A stretch of DNA of 64,000 nt, taken from an uncultured Gammaproteobacteria bacterium. Lineage in GTDB: Bacteria > Patescibacteriota > Patescibacteriia > Buchananbacterales > UBA6539. The position numbers and the translations under genes are program-made. The notes under the pieces were generated by a model that was not told the origin of the DNA, searched no databases, and was given only the letters and a program-made list of their open reading frames with translations. This document shows positions 7,833 to 16,363 of the stretch, in pieces. The stretch covers positions 16,916 through 80,915 of the forward strand of contig CAZHUO010000002.1 of NCBI GenBank assembly GCA_964535715.1, in the 5' to 3' direction. Each line of letters starts with the position of its first letter. Position 1 is the first letter of the stretch.

Positions 7833-8114
7833 ATGGCTAAAATGACCAAATCTCAAACGCTTGCAGCATTGTCTGAAAGCACTGAGTTAAGCAAAAAAGA
7901 CGTAGCTAATCTACTTGATAAGCTAGTCGAGTTAGCTTATTCAGAAGTCAAGAAAAGCGGCGAATTTGCCATCCCTGGTGTTGGTAAATTAGTAAAAATG
8001 AACAGAAAAGCCAGAATGGGAAGAAATCCTGCCACCGGCGAAGAAATCAAAATCCCGGCAAAAACTGTTGTTAAATTCAGAGTTGCCAAAGCCGCAAAAG
8101 AAGCTGTTTTATAA
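7833..8114 (+). CDS. hup: HU family DNA-binding protein
   Basis: KSGEFAIPGVGKL....FRVAKAAKEA signature, 93 aa. Confidence 0.9.
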   Translation: MAKMTKSQTLAALSESTELSKKDVANLLDKLVELAYSEVKKSGEFAIPGVGKLVKMNRKARMGRNPATGEEIKIPAKTVVKFRVAKAAKEAVL

Positions 8115-8133
8115 AAGCTTTATAAAAATAAAG

Positions 8134-8160
8134 GAGCCTGAAATTTTAGGCTCTTTTATT
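8134..8160 (+). terminator. intrinsic terminator
   Basis: GAGCCT-gaaatttt-AGGCTC followed by TTTTATT. Confidence 0.6.
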
Positions 8161-8230
8161 ATTCTAAGCAAGTTAGCATTTTTTCATTAACCTTTTTTCA
8201 AAAATAATGTATAATTAAAATAATGATTTT

Positions 8231-9583
8231 ATGACAAAAAAATGCGATAAAAAAACAAAAGCCTGGATAGTTTCTGTTGATATGGGTTATGGCCATCAGC
8301 GGCCCGCTCATGCTTTAAGGCACTTGGCAAATAAAGGCAGAGTCATCACCGCAAATAATTATCCCGGCATTCCTTCTTTTGATCGAAAAATTTGGTATGA
8401 AAGCCGGAGATTTTATGAATTTATGTCGCGTTTTAAGAATGTGCCTATTATCGGGGATAAGGCTTGGAAGATATATGATAACATGCAGGAAATTCCGGAA
8501 TTTTATCCAAAACGCGATTTGTCGAAGCTTAGCCTTCAGATCAGGCAGATTTATTCAATTATTGAGTCTAAAAAATGGGGCAGCCATTTAATAAATAAAT
8601 TGTCAAAAAATCCTTTGCCTTTAGTCTCAACTTTTTTTATCTCGGCATTTATGGCCGAAACTTTTAAATATCCGGGAGAAATATATTGTTTGGCTACCGA
8701 TACCGATATTAATCGGGCCTGGGCGCCAAAACAGCCGGCTTCTTCCAAGATAAAATATTTTGCTCCAAGTTATCGAGTGGTGGAAAGGCTTAAGCTATAC
8801 GGCGTTCCGGCCGAAAAGATTTTTTTAACCGGTTTTCCTTTGCCTTTGGAAAACACCGGCAACCTGAATCTTAATATTTTAAAAAAAGATTTAAAAAACA
8901 GGTTGGCTAATTTGGATCCAAATGGCAATTATTGGAAAACGTACCATGATGTTGCCGAAAAACATGCAGGTATTAAAAAATTGCCGGCTAAATCTGATCA
9001 TATACTGACCTTAATGTTTGCCGTCGGCGGCGCCGGTGCTCAAAGAGAAATCGGAGTGCAAATAATTAAAAGTTTGAAAAATAAGATTATTAAAAAGAAA
9101 ATAAGGGTAATTCTGGTGGCTGGAATTCATAATAGCCTAAATCAATTTTTCCGCAAATCAGTTGTGGATAACGGCTTGAAAAAGGAATTGGAAAATGGAG
9201 TAAAGATTATTTTTTCTGCCGGAAAATATGATTATTTTAAAAAATTTAATAAAGCATTGCGTACAACTGATGTTTTATGGACTAAGCCGTCCGAGCTGAG
9301 TTTTTATTGCGCTTTGGGAATACCGATTATTATTGCACCGCCAATAGGTTCTCAGGAAGAATTCAACCGGCGCTGGCTTAGGACTATTGGATCAGCTTCA
9401 AGTCAATTTGATCCAAAATATTGTAACGAATGGTTTTTTGATTGGGTTAATTCCGGCTGGCTGGCTGAAGCGGCAATGCAGGGTTTTGTTGAAGCGCCGA
9501 AATTCGGGACTTATAATATTGAAAAGATAATTTGCCATGAGTTTGAAAAGGCTAAAAAGCCCAAGATGGTTTTGCAGTATTAA
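8231..9583 (+). CDS. GT-B glycosyltransferase, MGDG synthase/UgtP-like (GT28-like)
   Basis: N-terminal VDMGYGHQRPAHAL (GxGH) and C-terminal IIIAPPIGSQEEFNRRWLRTIGSA, which resembles the UgtP/MGD PGQE..N...L...G.A region. Confidence 0.5.
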   Translation: MTKKCDKKTKAWIVSVDMGYGHQRPAHALRHLANKGRVITANNYPGIPSFDRKIWYESRRFYEFMSRFKNVPIIGDKAWKIYDNMQEIPEFYPKRDLSKLSLQIRQIYSIIESKKWGSHLINKLSKNPLPLVSTFFISAFMAETFKYPGEIYCLATDTDINRAWAPKQPASSKIKYFAPSYRVVERLKLYGVPAEKIFLTGFPLPLENTGNLNLNILKKDLKNRLANLDPNGNYWKTYHDVAEKHAGIKKLPAKSDHILTLMFAVGGAGAQREIGVQIIKSLKNKIIKKKIRVILVAGIHNSLNQFFRKSVVDNGLKKELENGVKIIFSAGKYDYFKKFNKALRTTDVLWTKPSELSFYCALGIPIIIAPPIGSQEEFNRRWLRTIGSASSQFDPKYCNEWFFDWVNSGWLAEAAMQGFVEAPKFGTYNIEKIICHEFEKAKKPKMVLQY

Positions 9584-9585
9584 GT

Positions 9586-9670
9586 CATGGAACAGAGAAC
9601 ATAAAACATGGAACAAAAGCTTAATATTGCATGTTCTGTGGTATGTGTTTTATGTTCCATAAATCATGAA
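9586..9670. promoter_or_regulatory. long imperfect hairpin between the GT and OFOR genes
   Basis: GAACATAAAACA pairs with TGTTTTATGTTC, plus flanking partial complementarity. Confidence 0.3.
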
Positions 9671-9693
9671 TTTGTGTTATATTAAAATTACAT

Positions 9694-11442
9694 ATGAAAA
9701 ACAGCCAAAATACTAAAAATAACATTTTCACCTGGAAAATCGGCGGAATTGCCGGCGGGGGACAGCAAGCAGCTGGCCTGATTTTTACTAAAGCTTGTGT
9801 TCGCGGTGGCCTGTATACTTTTGACAGCTCCGAATATCCCTCGCGAATTCGCGGCGGGTTGGTAACTTACCGAGTCAGCATTTCCGAAAAACCGGTAATG
9901 GCAATTTACCAAAAAACTCAGCTATTAATTGCTTTGAATCGTGAAGCTTTTGACTACTGTCTACTGGATATGACCAAAGATGGTGTAATTTTATATGATA
10001 GCGATAATTTTGAAATAAAACCCAGTGAAGCCAAAGGAATTAAAGTTTATCCAATGCCTTTGGAAAAATTAGCTAAAGAAGCCGGCATTAAGCCGATTGC
10101 CGTAAATATTATCATTACCGGCGCTTGTGCGGCTTTGCTTGATTATGACTTAGGCATTCTGGATGAGGTTATTAAAGATTCATTTGCCGACAAGGGTCAA
10201 GAAGTTGTAGACATGAATATTACGGCTTCTAAGTTTGGTTATGACTATGCGGTCAAAAATTTTGATACCAAAAATTTTCCTTATAAATTAAAGCCTTTAA
10301 AGAAAAATAATGATTCGATGATTGTCACTTCCAACGATACGCTTTCTTTGGGAGCGGTTGCCTGCGGCTGTAAATTTTTAGCAGCTTACCCGATGACTCC
10401 AGCTTCTTCGATTATGCACAATTTGGCCGCCTGGGCGGAAAAACATGGCATGGTAGTCAAACATGCCGAAGACGAGATTTCCGCCATGCATATGGCAATT
10501 GGTGCGGGTTATGCCGGAGTTAGGTCAATGACTTGCACATCCGGGGGTGGTTTTGCTTTGATGTCTGAAGCCTTGGCTTTAGCCGGAATTACTGAAACGC
10601 CTGTTGTAATTGCTGAGGCGCAAAGGCCCGGCCCGGCCACCGGCTTGCCGACTTGGACTGAGCAAGGAGATTTGGATTTTCTGCGCCATGCCGGCCACGG
10701 CGAATTTATTCGGGTAATCTTGGCGCCGGGTGATCCTAAAGAAGCTTTTAATTTAACTGTTTTGGCTTTTAACTTGGCTGAAGTCTGGCAAATTCCGGTT
10801 TTTGTTTTGGTTGATAAATATATTGCCGAGGGTCATCAATCAATTGAAGATTTAAGCATTAATAAGATAAAAATTGATCGTGGAGAGCTTCTAAGTGAAG
10901 AACAGCTGGCAAAAATTAAAGACTTTAAGCGATATGAATATTCTAAATCAGGAGTTTCGCCTCGTTCTATTCCAGGCCAAAAAGGCGGAGTCTATTTGGC
11001 AAACAGCGATGAGCATGAAGAACACGGCTATACAATCGAAGGGTACGATGCAAAAACTCGGAAGCTGATGGTTGAAAAAAGAGCTTCTAAATTATCTGGT
11101 ATATTAAAAGATTTGCCCAAGCCGGAGTTATTTGGATCTAAATCAGCCAAGTTAACTTTAATCGGCTGGGGTTCAGTCAAAGGTCCGGTTTTGGAAGCAT
11201 TGAAAGTTTTAGATCAAGTAAATTATGTTCATATAGCCGCTCCTTGGCCTCTTAATGCTGATGAAGTCAGAAAAGTTCTAAAAGGAACCAAGAAATTGGT
11301 TGCTATTGAAAATAATCATACCGGCCAACTGGCTAATATTTTGGAACAAAACGGAATTAAAATTGATGAAAGATTAAACAAGTTCGATGGCGCCCAGTTT
11401 TTTCCGGAAGAAGTCATTGAGTCAGTTAGTAAGTTAAAATAA
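9694..11442 (+). CDS. 2-oxoacid:ferredoxin oxidoreductase, alpha subunit with fused N-terminal gamma domain
   Basis: The N-terminus has a gamma-domain motif. The remainder is a KorA/PorA-like core. Confidence 0.9.
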   Translation: MKNSQNTKNNIFTWKIGGIAGGGQQAAGLIFTKACVRGGLYTFDSSEYPSRIRGGLVTYRVSISEKPVMAIYQKTQLLIALNREAFDYCLLDMTKDGVILYDSDNFEIKPSEAKGIKVYPMPLEKLAKEAGIKPIAVNIIITGACAALLDYDLGILDEVIKDSFADKGQEVVDMNITASKFGYDYAVKNFDTKNFPYKLKPLKKNNDSMIVTSNDTLSLGAVACGCKFLAAYPMTPASSIMHNLAAWAEKHGMVVKHAEDEISAMHMAIGAGYAGVRSMTCTSGGGFALMSEALALAGITETPVVIAEAQRPGPATGLPTWTEQGDLDFLRHAGHGEFIRVILAPGDPKEAFNLTVLAFNLAEVWQIPVFVLVDKYIAEGHQSIEDLSINKIKIDRGELLSEEQLAKIKDFKRYEYSKSGVSPRSIPGQKGGVYLANSDEHEEHGYTIEGYDAKTRKLMVEKRASKLSGILKDLPKPELFGSKSAKLTLIGWGSVKGPVLEALKVLDQVNYVHIAAPWPLNADEVRKVLKGTKKLVAIENNHTGQLANILEQNGIKIDERLNKFDGAQFFPEEVIESVSKLK

Positions 11443-11506
11443 GTCTAGATAAGTCCAGACAAGAATCTTATCTTGACTTATCTCGACTTAATCCTTATTT
11501 CTATTT

Positions 11507-12361
11507 ATGTCTACCGAAAAAGATTTTATAACTCCCATAAAGCCCACTTGGTGTGTCGGATGCGGCAATTTTGGCATTTGGACGGCTTTAAGGCAGGCCT
11601 TGGCTGAATTAGGGTTGGAGCCCCATCAGGTTGCAATGGTTTTTGATATAGGTTGCTGCGGCAATGGCGCCAATTGGCATAACCTGTACGGCTTTCACAG
11701 TCTTCACGGCCGGCCTTTGCCGGTTGCATATGCCGTTAAGCTGGCAAATCATGATTTGAAAGTGATTGCCATTTCCGGCGATGGCGGCGGCTATGGCGAG
11801 GGTGGAAATCATTTTATTCATACTTGCCGAGGAAATATTGATATAACTTATATCATTCATAATAACCACCGCTATAGCTTAACCACCGGCCAATCTTCGC
11901 CGACTTCCGAGCAGGGAGCAAAAACCAAGTCAACTCCGGCCGGACTGATTGAAAAGCCTTTCAACGGCCTTCAGGTGGCAATAACTTGTGGCGCCACCTT
12001 TGTCGCCCAAGGCTATTCTGACGAGGTTGTCCATCTAAAAGAAATATTTAAAAAAGCCATCAGTCACAAGGGATTTTCTTTAGTTGATGTTTTACAGCCA
12101 TGCGTGATATTCAATGACAAAGATATCCGCCAGCAATACCGCGAAAAGACATACAAGCTTGAAGAATCCGGTTACAAGCCAAGCGATAAGCTTGAGGCTT
12201 ATAAAAAAGCAGGGGAGACTGAAAAATTGCCGATCGGCATATTATATCAGGAAGTCCGCCCTAGTTATGAAAGCCAGCTTTCCCAGCTTTTCAAGCAGCC
12301 TTTAGTAAAGCAGAAGGTGGAAAAAGTTGAAATTGCCGAGTTATTAAAAGAATTTAAATAA
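11507..12361 (+). CDS. 2-oxoacid:ferredoxin oxidoreductase, beta (TPP-binding) subunit
   Basis: WCVGCGNFGI and GDGGGYGEGGNHFIH TPP motif. Confidence 0.9.
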   Translation: MSTEKDFITPIKPTWCVGCGNFGIWTALRQALAELGLEPHQVAMVFDIGCCGNGANWHNLYGFHSLHGRPLPVAYAVKLANHDLKVIAISGDGGGYGEGGNHFIHTCRGNIDITYIIHNNHRYSLTTGQSSPTSEQGAKTKSTPAGLIEKPFNGLQVAITCGATFVAQGYSDEVVHLKEIFKKAISHKGFSLVDVLQPCVIFNDKDIRQQYREKTYKLEESGYKPSDKLEAYKKAGETEKLPIGILYQEVRPSYESQLSQLFKQPLVKQKVEKVEIAELLKEFK

Positions 12362-12378
12362 TTTTTGAATAAAAAAGT

Positions 12379-13962
12379 ATGAAAAAATTTTTTATTTTAG
12401 TTGTCCTTTCTTTTTTAGTTATTCCAATATTCTCAGCCAAAGCAGCAGAAACTCTTGCTCAGCGTCTGAAGGGCTATATCCTTCTTCAGGTTGAAGAGCG
12501 CGGGGAAGCCTGGTATGTAAACCCCGATGATTCAAAAAGATATTACATGAAAGACGGGGTAGTCGCCTATGAAATGCTAAGAGAGTTTGGATTGGGTATT
12601 GCTGATGCAGATTTGGCTAAAATTCCAGTAGGCATTGAAGAAAGGTTTGAAGATACTGATACCGACAAAGACGGCTTAGCCGACAGGCTTGAAGAAGGTT
12701 TGGAAACCAATTTAAATTTAGCAGATACTGACAAAGACGGAGTTTCAGACGGCCAAGAAGTAAAAAGCGGCAATAATCCCTTAGGCGCAGGCAAAATGGC
12801 AGTTGACACCAACTTGGTAGGCAGGCTGAAAGGAAAAATTCTCCTTCAGGTTCAAAAAGCCGGCCAGGCCTGGTATATCAACCCAAAAGACGGCAAGCGT
12901 TACTACATGAAAAACGGCGATGCCGCCTACCAAATCATGAGATTTTTAAGCCTGGGTATTACTAATTCCGATTTGGAGAAGATTACAAAGAGTGATTGGT
13001 CTGTTCCTAATATAAGCCAGTCGAAGTCAGATCATTTTTTTGTTAAAAAAATTACAGATAATTTTTTTTCGCCTAAAATTGATAGTAATAACGGCATATA
13101 CTATTTATCAAGAGGTTCGGAAAATAGTTCAGAACTTAGAAAATTTACATTATCAGCCGATTTAATTATTGCAGAAAAAGGATTATGGAACATATATGTT
13201 GATAATAAAAATAATATCTGGGGCTACAATTCTTATGATGATACTGATGACGGGCTTTATTTTTTGGATAATACAAAATTAACAAAGTTTACTGCTGGTG
13301 ATTATTATTTGAAGTGGGTAAAAGTTGCTTCTGAAAATGATTTTTTACCAAGCAGTTCAATATATGATATAGCTTCAAATTCGGAAGGCTTGTGGATTGC
13401 GACAGATAAAGGTTTGGTGTTTTATAATTATAATACCTGGAAAACATTTACTTATAACGATTGGAAACCGGATGATTATTTCAAAGATAATAGAATAGAC
13501 CAGGTTGAAGCAAATGATTCATATGTGGTATTCAGGTCAGTATTTGATACTTATGTTTATAAGGATGGAAAATTTATTGAAATCAGCGATATGGTTGATG
13601 GTATGTCTGATCTTTATTTGGATGGGAATTTTTTATGGCAATATACTAATAATAGTTATATAACTAAAGGCGTATATAGATATAACATCAATACAAAAGA
13701 ACAAAAATTATTTGGTAATGAAGAAGGATTGGATAATCTTAAAATCGACTCTGTTTCAAAAGATTCTCAAGGAAATCTTTGGTTTGCGGCTAATGCAGAT
13801 AAAGATGAATTTGGTGGATTATACAAATATGACGGCAGCAATTTTACTAAATATTTTAGAGACGAAGGCTCAACTAGTTTCAATTTTTATGATTTATTAA
13901 TTGATTCTAATGATAATATTTATGCATGTGGGTTAGGTGATTTATACAAATTGGAATTTTAA
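12379..13962 (+). CDS. secreted repeat protein with tandem ~60-aa domain, TSP3-like Asp-rich Ca-binding repeats and a C-terminal beta-propeller (Reg_prop-like)
   Basis: A signal peptide is present. LKG(Y/K)ILLQV...AWY(V/I)NP.D.KRYYMK appears twice. DTD(T)DKDG...D motifs occur twice. Confidence 0.7.
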   Translation: MKKFFILVVLSFLVIPIFSAKAAETLAQRLKGYILLQVEERGEAWYVNPDDSKRYYMKDGVVAYEMLREFGLGIADADLAKIPVGIEERFEDTDTDKDGLADRLEEGLETNLNLADTDKDGVSDGQEVKSGNNPLGAGKMAVDTNLVGRLKGKILLQVQKAGQAWYINPKDGKRYYMKNGDAAYQIMRFLSLGITNSDLEKITKSDWSVPNISQSKSDHFFVKKITDNFFSPKIDSNNGIYYLSRGSENSSELRKFTLSADLIIAEKGLWNIYVDNKNNIWGYNSYDDTDDGLYFLDNTKLTKFTAGDYYLKWVKVASENDFLPSSSIYDIASNSEGLWIATDKGLVFYNYNTWKTFTYNDWKPDDYFKDNRIDQVEANDSYVVFRSVFDTYVYKDGKFIEISDMVDGMSDLYLDGNFLWQYTNNSYITKGVYRYNINTKEQKLFGNEEGLDNLKIDSVSKDSQGNLWFAANADKDEFGGLYKYDGSNFTKYFRDEGSTSFNFYDLLIDSNDNIYACGLGDLYKLEF

Positions 13963-13981
13963 TTTAAATTAATTTAAAAAT

Positions 13982-14009
13982 AGCACCTTCATTACGGAGG
14001 TGCTTTTTA
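13982..14009 (+). terminator. intrinsic terminator
   Basis: AGCACCT-tcattacgg-AGGTGCT followed by TTTTT. Confidence 0.65.
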
Positions 14010-14334
14010 ATGGTTTTTTTTGCCACCTATGGGCAAAATTTCGCCACAGCGAGAGCATGGCTCGCAGCCTTTTATTTTGTGTCCGACCCATGAACACCAA
14101 AGAGCATACCAAATCCATTTTTTTAGAATAATTTTCCTTTCCTCTGAAATTGAACTCTTGCCGTTTTTTTTTGCGATTTCTTTTGCGCCGTTTCTGTGAT
14201 TTTTTTTCATTTTCTCACCCTTTTAAGTTAGTATGGATTAGTCCTAAACAGCAAAGGATGATACTTTTATATTACTTCAATTTAATAAAAAAAGCCATCT
14301 ATGATGGCGTAGTATTAATATGTAAATTATTATT

Positions 14335-14369
14335 AAATCCTAAACTCTAAATCCTAAATCCTAAATTCC
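14335..14369. repeat. tandem heptamer-like repeat (TAAATCC)n
   Basis: aaatcctaaactctaaatcctaaatcctaaattcc. An inverted partial copy AGGATTTAA lies at about 14470. Confidence 0.5.
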
Positions 14370-14484
14370 AATTCTCCAAACGTTTGGAATTTATAATTTG
14401 TTATTTAGAATTTATTCGCCGAAGGCGAATCGCCGCCATTGGCGGGCAAGCGCCTACGGCGGAGATATTAGGATTTAAAATTTC

Positions 14485-15216
14485 TTATCGGCCTTCTTTT
14501 TTATCAAACTCTTTATTTTGGATTTCAACCAGTGTCGCTTTCGGCACAGTATCAAATAATTCAATGACGTCTTTATTTATCATCCGAATACAGCCATGGG
14601 AAGCCGGCTCGCCGATAAGGCCTTCCTCGTTAGTTCCATGAATAAATATGCCCCTTTGAGCGGAATTATCATTTATTCCTTTTTCCAAACCCTCAAGCGC
14701 TAAAAGCCTGGTAGTCATTAAATCACTAGGTGCTTGGACGTGCTCGGTATATATTGTAGTTTTGCCTTTTTTGCTTTGTTTTTCAAAAACAGTCCCTAAC
14801 TCTGCATTGTCGCCGATTTTAGCAGATATGCGGTGAGTTCCAAAAGGCGTTTTATTGCTATTATTTTTATTGCTAATACCTTTGGCAGCGGTTGAAATAT
14901 TATATGATTTGACAATTTGGTTATCTTTTACAAGAAGCATTTCCTGACGTTCAGGGTTAATGACTATGGCGAATTCTTCGGGTTTTAAATTGAAGTTGCT
15001 GGTTAATTTTTCTACGCTTTCCTTGATTTCTTCCCAGATTTGCTCCGGCGTTCTTTCTTGCTCTTTTTGTTCTGCGTCAGCTGATTTTAAAGAAAGCAGT
15101 TCTTTGGCAGCTAAAGCGCCAAAAAAGGCCTGTTTTAAAAATTCACGACGAGTTGGCTTGTTATTTTTTTCAGTTTTAGATTCTTCCGTTTCCGGATTAA
15201 ATGTTTCTTTTTCCAT
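14485..15216 (-). CDS. L,D-transpeptidase (YkuD domain) with a Tat-like signal
   Basis: SHGCIRM catalytic motif. The N-terminal [16 protein letters not shown] matches the twin-arginine consensus. Confidence 0.8.
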   Translation of the reverse strand: MEKETFNPETEESKTEKNNKPTRREFLKQAFFGALAAKELLSLKSADAEQKEQERTPEQIWEEIKESVEKLTSNFNLKPEEFAIVINPERQEMLLVKDNQIVKSYNISTAAKGISNKNNSNKTPFGTHRISAKIGDNAELGTVFEKQSKKGKTTIYTEHVQAPSDLMTTRLLALEGLEKGINDNSAQRGIFIHGTNEEGLIGEPASHGCIRMINKDVIELFDTVPKATLVEIQNKEFDKKEGR

Positions 15217-15254
15217 AAGAAATAATGTAATTTATTGGCGACGTAGGGCGAGAG

Positions 15255-15357
15255 TCCCGCACCTATTTTACTCATCAATCATTTTCAAGATTAATTTTTT
15301 CTACAGTATAAAATAAATTATTTAACCTAAACAGTGATCAGTAAAATAGGTGCGGGA
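15255..15357. repeat. 18-bp perfect (about 24-bp imperfect) inverted repeat with a 67-nt AT-rich loop; CCCGCAC-core hairpin family
   Basis: TCCCGCACCTATTTTACT (15255-15272) and AGTAAAATAGGTGCGGGA (15340-15357) are exact reverse complements. Confidence 0.6.
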
Positions 15358-15585
15358 TCTAGTTAAGCCGCTACGACGCAGGTTTAATTAATGAATCTTA
15401 TCGTGAAAAGGGAGCCATCAAAGGGTGAAATACCCGAAAGCGCTCCGTCGCCAAAGCGGTACTTATCCAGTTTTGACGCGTCAACGACTTGTCCCGATTA
15501 ATCCTTCGCCTTTGGCGGAGTGAAAAATCTTAGATCCCGTCTTATTCATATCTAATTATAAAGCGGGACTCCGTGGTTAATACCC
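15358..15585. ncRNA. GC-richer structured noncoding region (candidate ncRNA or leader of the LDT gene on the - strand); identity unresolved
   Basis: Multiple local hairpins are present, including GGGTGAAATACCC. TTGACGCGTCAA (15473-15484) is a perfect 12-bp palindrome. No ORF is compatible with the AT-rich host style. Confidence 0.25.
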
Positions 15586-15634
15586 TTTATTAAATATATT
15601 TGGTCGGGCTGGGGAGATTCGAACTCCCGACCTC
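15586..15634 (-). repeat. truncated direct copy of the tRNA-Pro 3' end (positions ~43-76 incl. CCA) plus 15 nt of 3' flank
   Basis: 49/49 identity to 16131-16179. Confidence 0.75.
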
Positions 15635-15790
15635 CCCGCACTAATGTCCGCGAATTGGCATTTTTGAAATTTAAAGTTAGATTAGCGCGAACACCGCCTG
15701 CGGCTGGTATTTCAAGAGATGAGACAAGATAATAGACATGGTGCGGGGCAGGCATCATCCCGAACTTAAGTAAAGCAATTTTTAATTCTC

Positions 15791-15847
15791 TCGGGCTGGG
15801 GAGATTCGAACTCCCGACCTCATCGTCCCGAACGATGCGCGCTAGCC
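15791..15847 (-). repeat. truncated direct copy of tRNA-Pro (positions ~17-73, no CCA)
   Basis: 57/57 identity to 16149-16205. The stop codon of the GIY-YIG ORF lies inside it. Confidence 0.75.
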
Positions 15848-16123
15848 CCCGCCAGAGGCGGGTCGGCCTTTGGCGGAAGCTGCTCTAATAATTATATTAC
15901 GAACTTGTCTTCCAAATCCACTTTTGTAAAATTTTTCTCTCATAATAGCATCCTGTTCGCATAAGTATTTTTCAAAATATAATAATATTAGATGACCATT
16001 CTCACGTGTCCATTTGTTCGATTTCTGATTATGTTGTTTTAATCTGTCTTCTGGATTAATTTTTGAGTAACCGACGTATATCTTTCCATTTTTTATACTT
16101 TTTAAAAAATATACATAAAACAT
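15842..16123 (-). CDS. small GIY-YIG nuclease family protein (UPF0213/YhbQ-like), 93 aa
   Basis: YVYFLKS...KIYVGYS...R..QH GIY-YIG motif. Paralogous to the 31225 gene. The C-terminus reads into the tRNA remnant. Confidence 0.7.
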   Translation of the reverse strand: MFYVYFLKSIKNGKIYVGYSKINPEDRLKQHNQKSNKWTRENGHLILLYFEKYLCEQDAIMREKFYKSGFGRQVRNIIIRAASAKGRPASGGG

Positions 16124-16145
16124 AATGTAATTTATTAAATATATT

Positions 16146-16222
16146 TGGTCGGGCTGGGGAGATTCGAACTCCCGACCTCATCGTCCCGAACGATGCGCGC
16201 TAGCCAGCTGCGCTACAGCCCG
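16146..16222 (-). tRNA. tRNA-Pro (anticodon CGG), 77 nt with encoded CCA
   Basis: Manual cloverleaf fold gives a 7-bp acceptor stem, 4-bp D stem, 5-bp anticodon stem, loop UUCGGGA with G37, 5-bp T stem with T-loop TTCGAAT, discriminator A and 3' CCA. Confidence 0.85.
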
Positions 16223-16313
16223 ATAAATAGCGATTAACCAATAACGGTTAACAGTCAATTATTATAGTTTATATTCTTTTTAGTATAAAATCAAGTTTAA
16301 GCCAAAAAGATAA

Positions 16314-16347
16314 GGCCGCGTCATTTTGCAATAACGCGGCCTTTTTT
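16314..16347. terminator. bidirectional-looking intrinsic terminator
   Basis: GGCCGCGT-cattttgcaata-ACGCGGCC followed by TTTTTT. Confidence 0.6.
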
Positions 16348-16363
16348 GCGGGTTTTGGGGGAA

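Larger units (their letters stand above)
15236..16145 (-). mobile_element. candidate tandem array of three miniature integrated cassettes downstream of tRNA-Pro, delimited by tRNA 3'-end direct repeats; no integrase present
   Basis: Order on the - strand is tRNA, GIY-YIG cassette, 57-nt tRNA copy, a 160-nt structured spacer, 34-nt tRNA copy plus flank, then a 350-nt structured segment and the LDT gene. The sequence AATAAATTACATT precedes both the GIY-YIG and the LDT start codons. Confidence 0.35.

Noticed and set aside
14007-14210. 67-aa ORF on the - strand with CxxC..C and Trp-rich segment
   Set aside because: It overlaps the terminator of the upstream + gene and its RBS is weak. Not excluded as a small protein, but the evidence is insufficient.
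15236-15600. RNase P RNA or tmRNA identity for the structured region next to tRNA-Pro
   Set aside because: GAGAGTCCCGCACC / GCGGGACTCC and AGGGTGAAA strings superficially resemble P4/J11-12 motifs, but they fit poorly in either orientation and the 18-bp perfect hairpin is atypical. No tmRNA tag-like reading frame or GGGG...CCACCA ends are present. It cannot be called without a covariance-model search.
15552-15758. 68-aa ORF on the - strand overlapping the tRNA-Pro 3' copy
   Set aside because: It is translated through tRNA-derived and hairpin sequence and is almost certainly not coding.
15586-15760. Possibility that the downstream tRNA 3'-end copy belongs to a second complete tRNA, perhaps with an intron
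   Set aside because: No complementary 5' acceptor strand (CGGGCTG) or D-arm can be found upstream within 200 nt. It is a truncated repeat.
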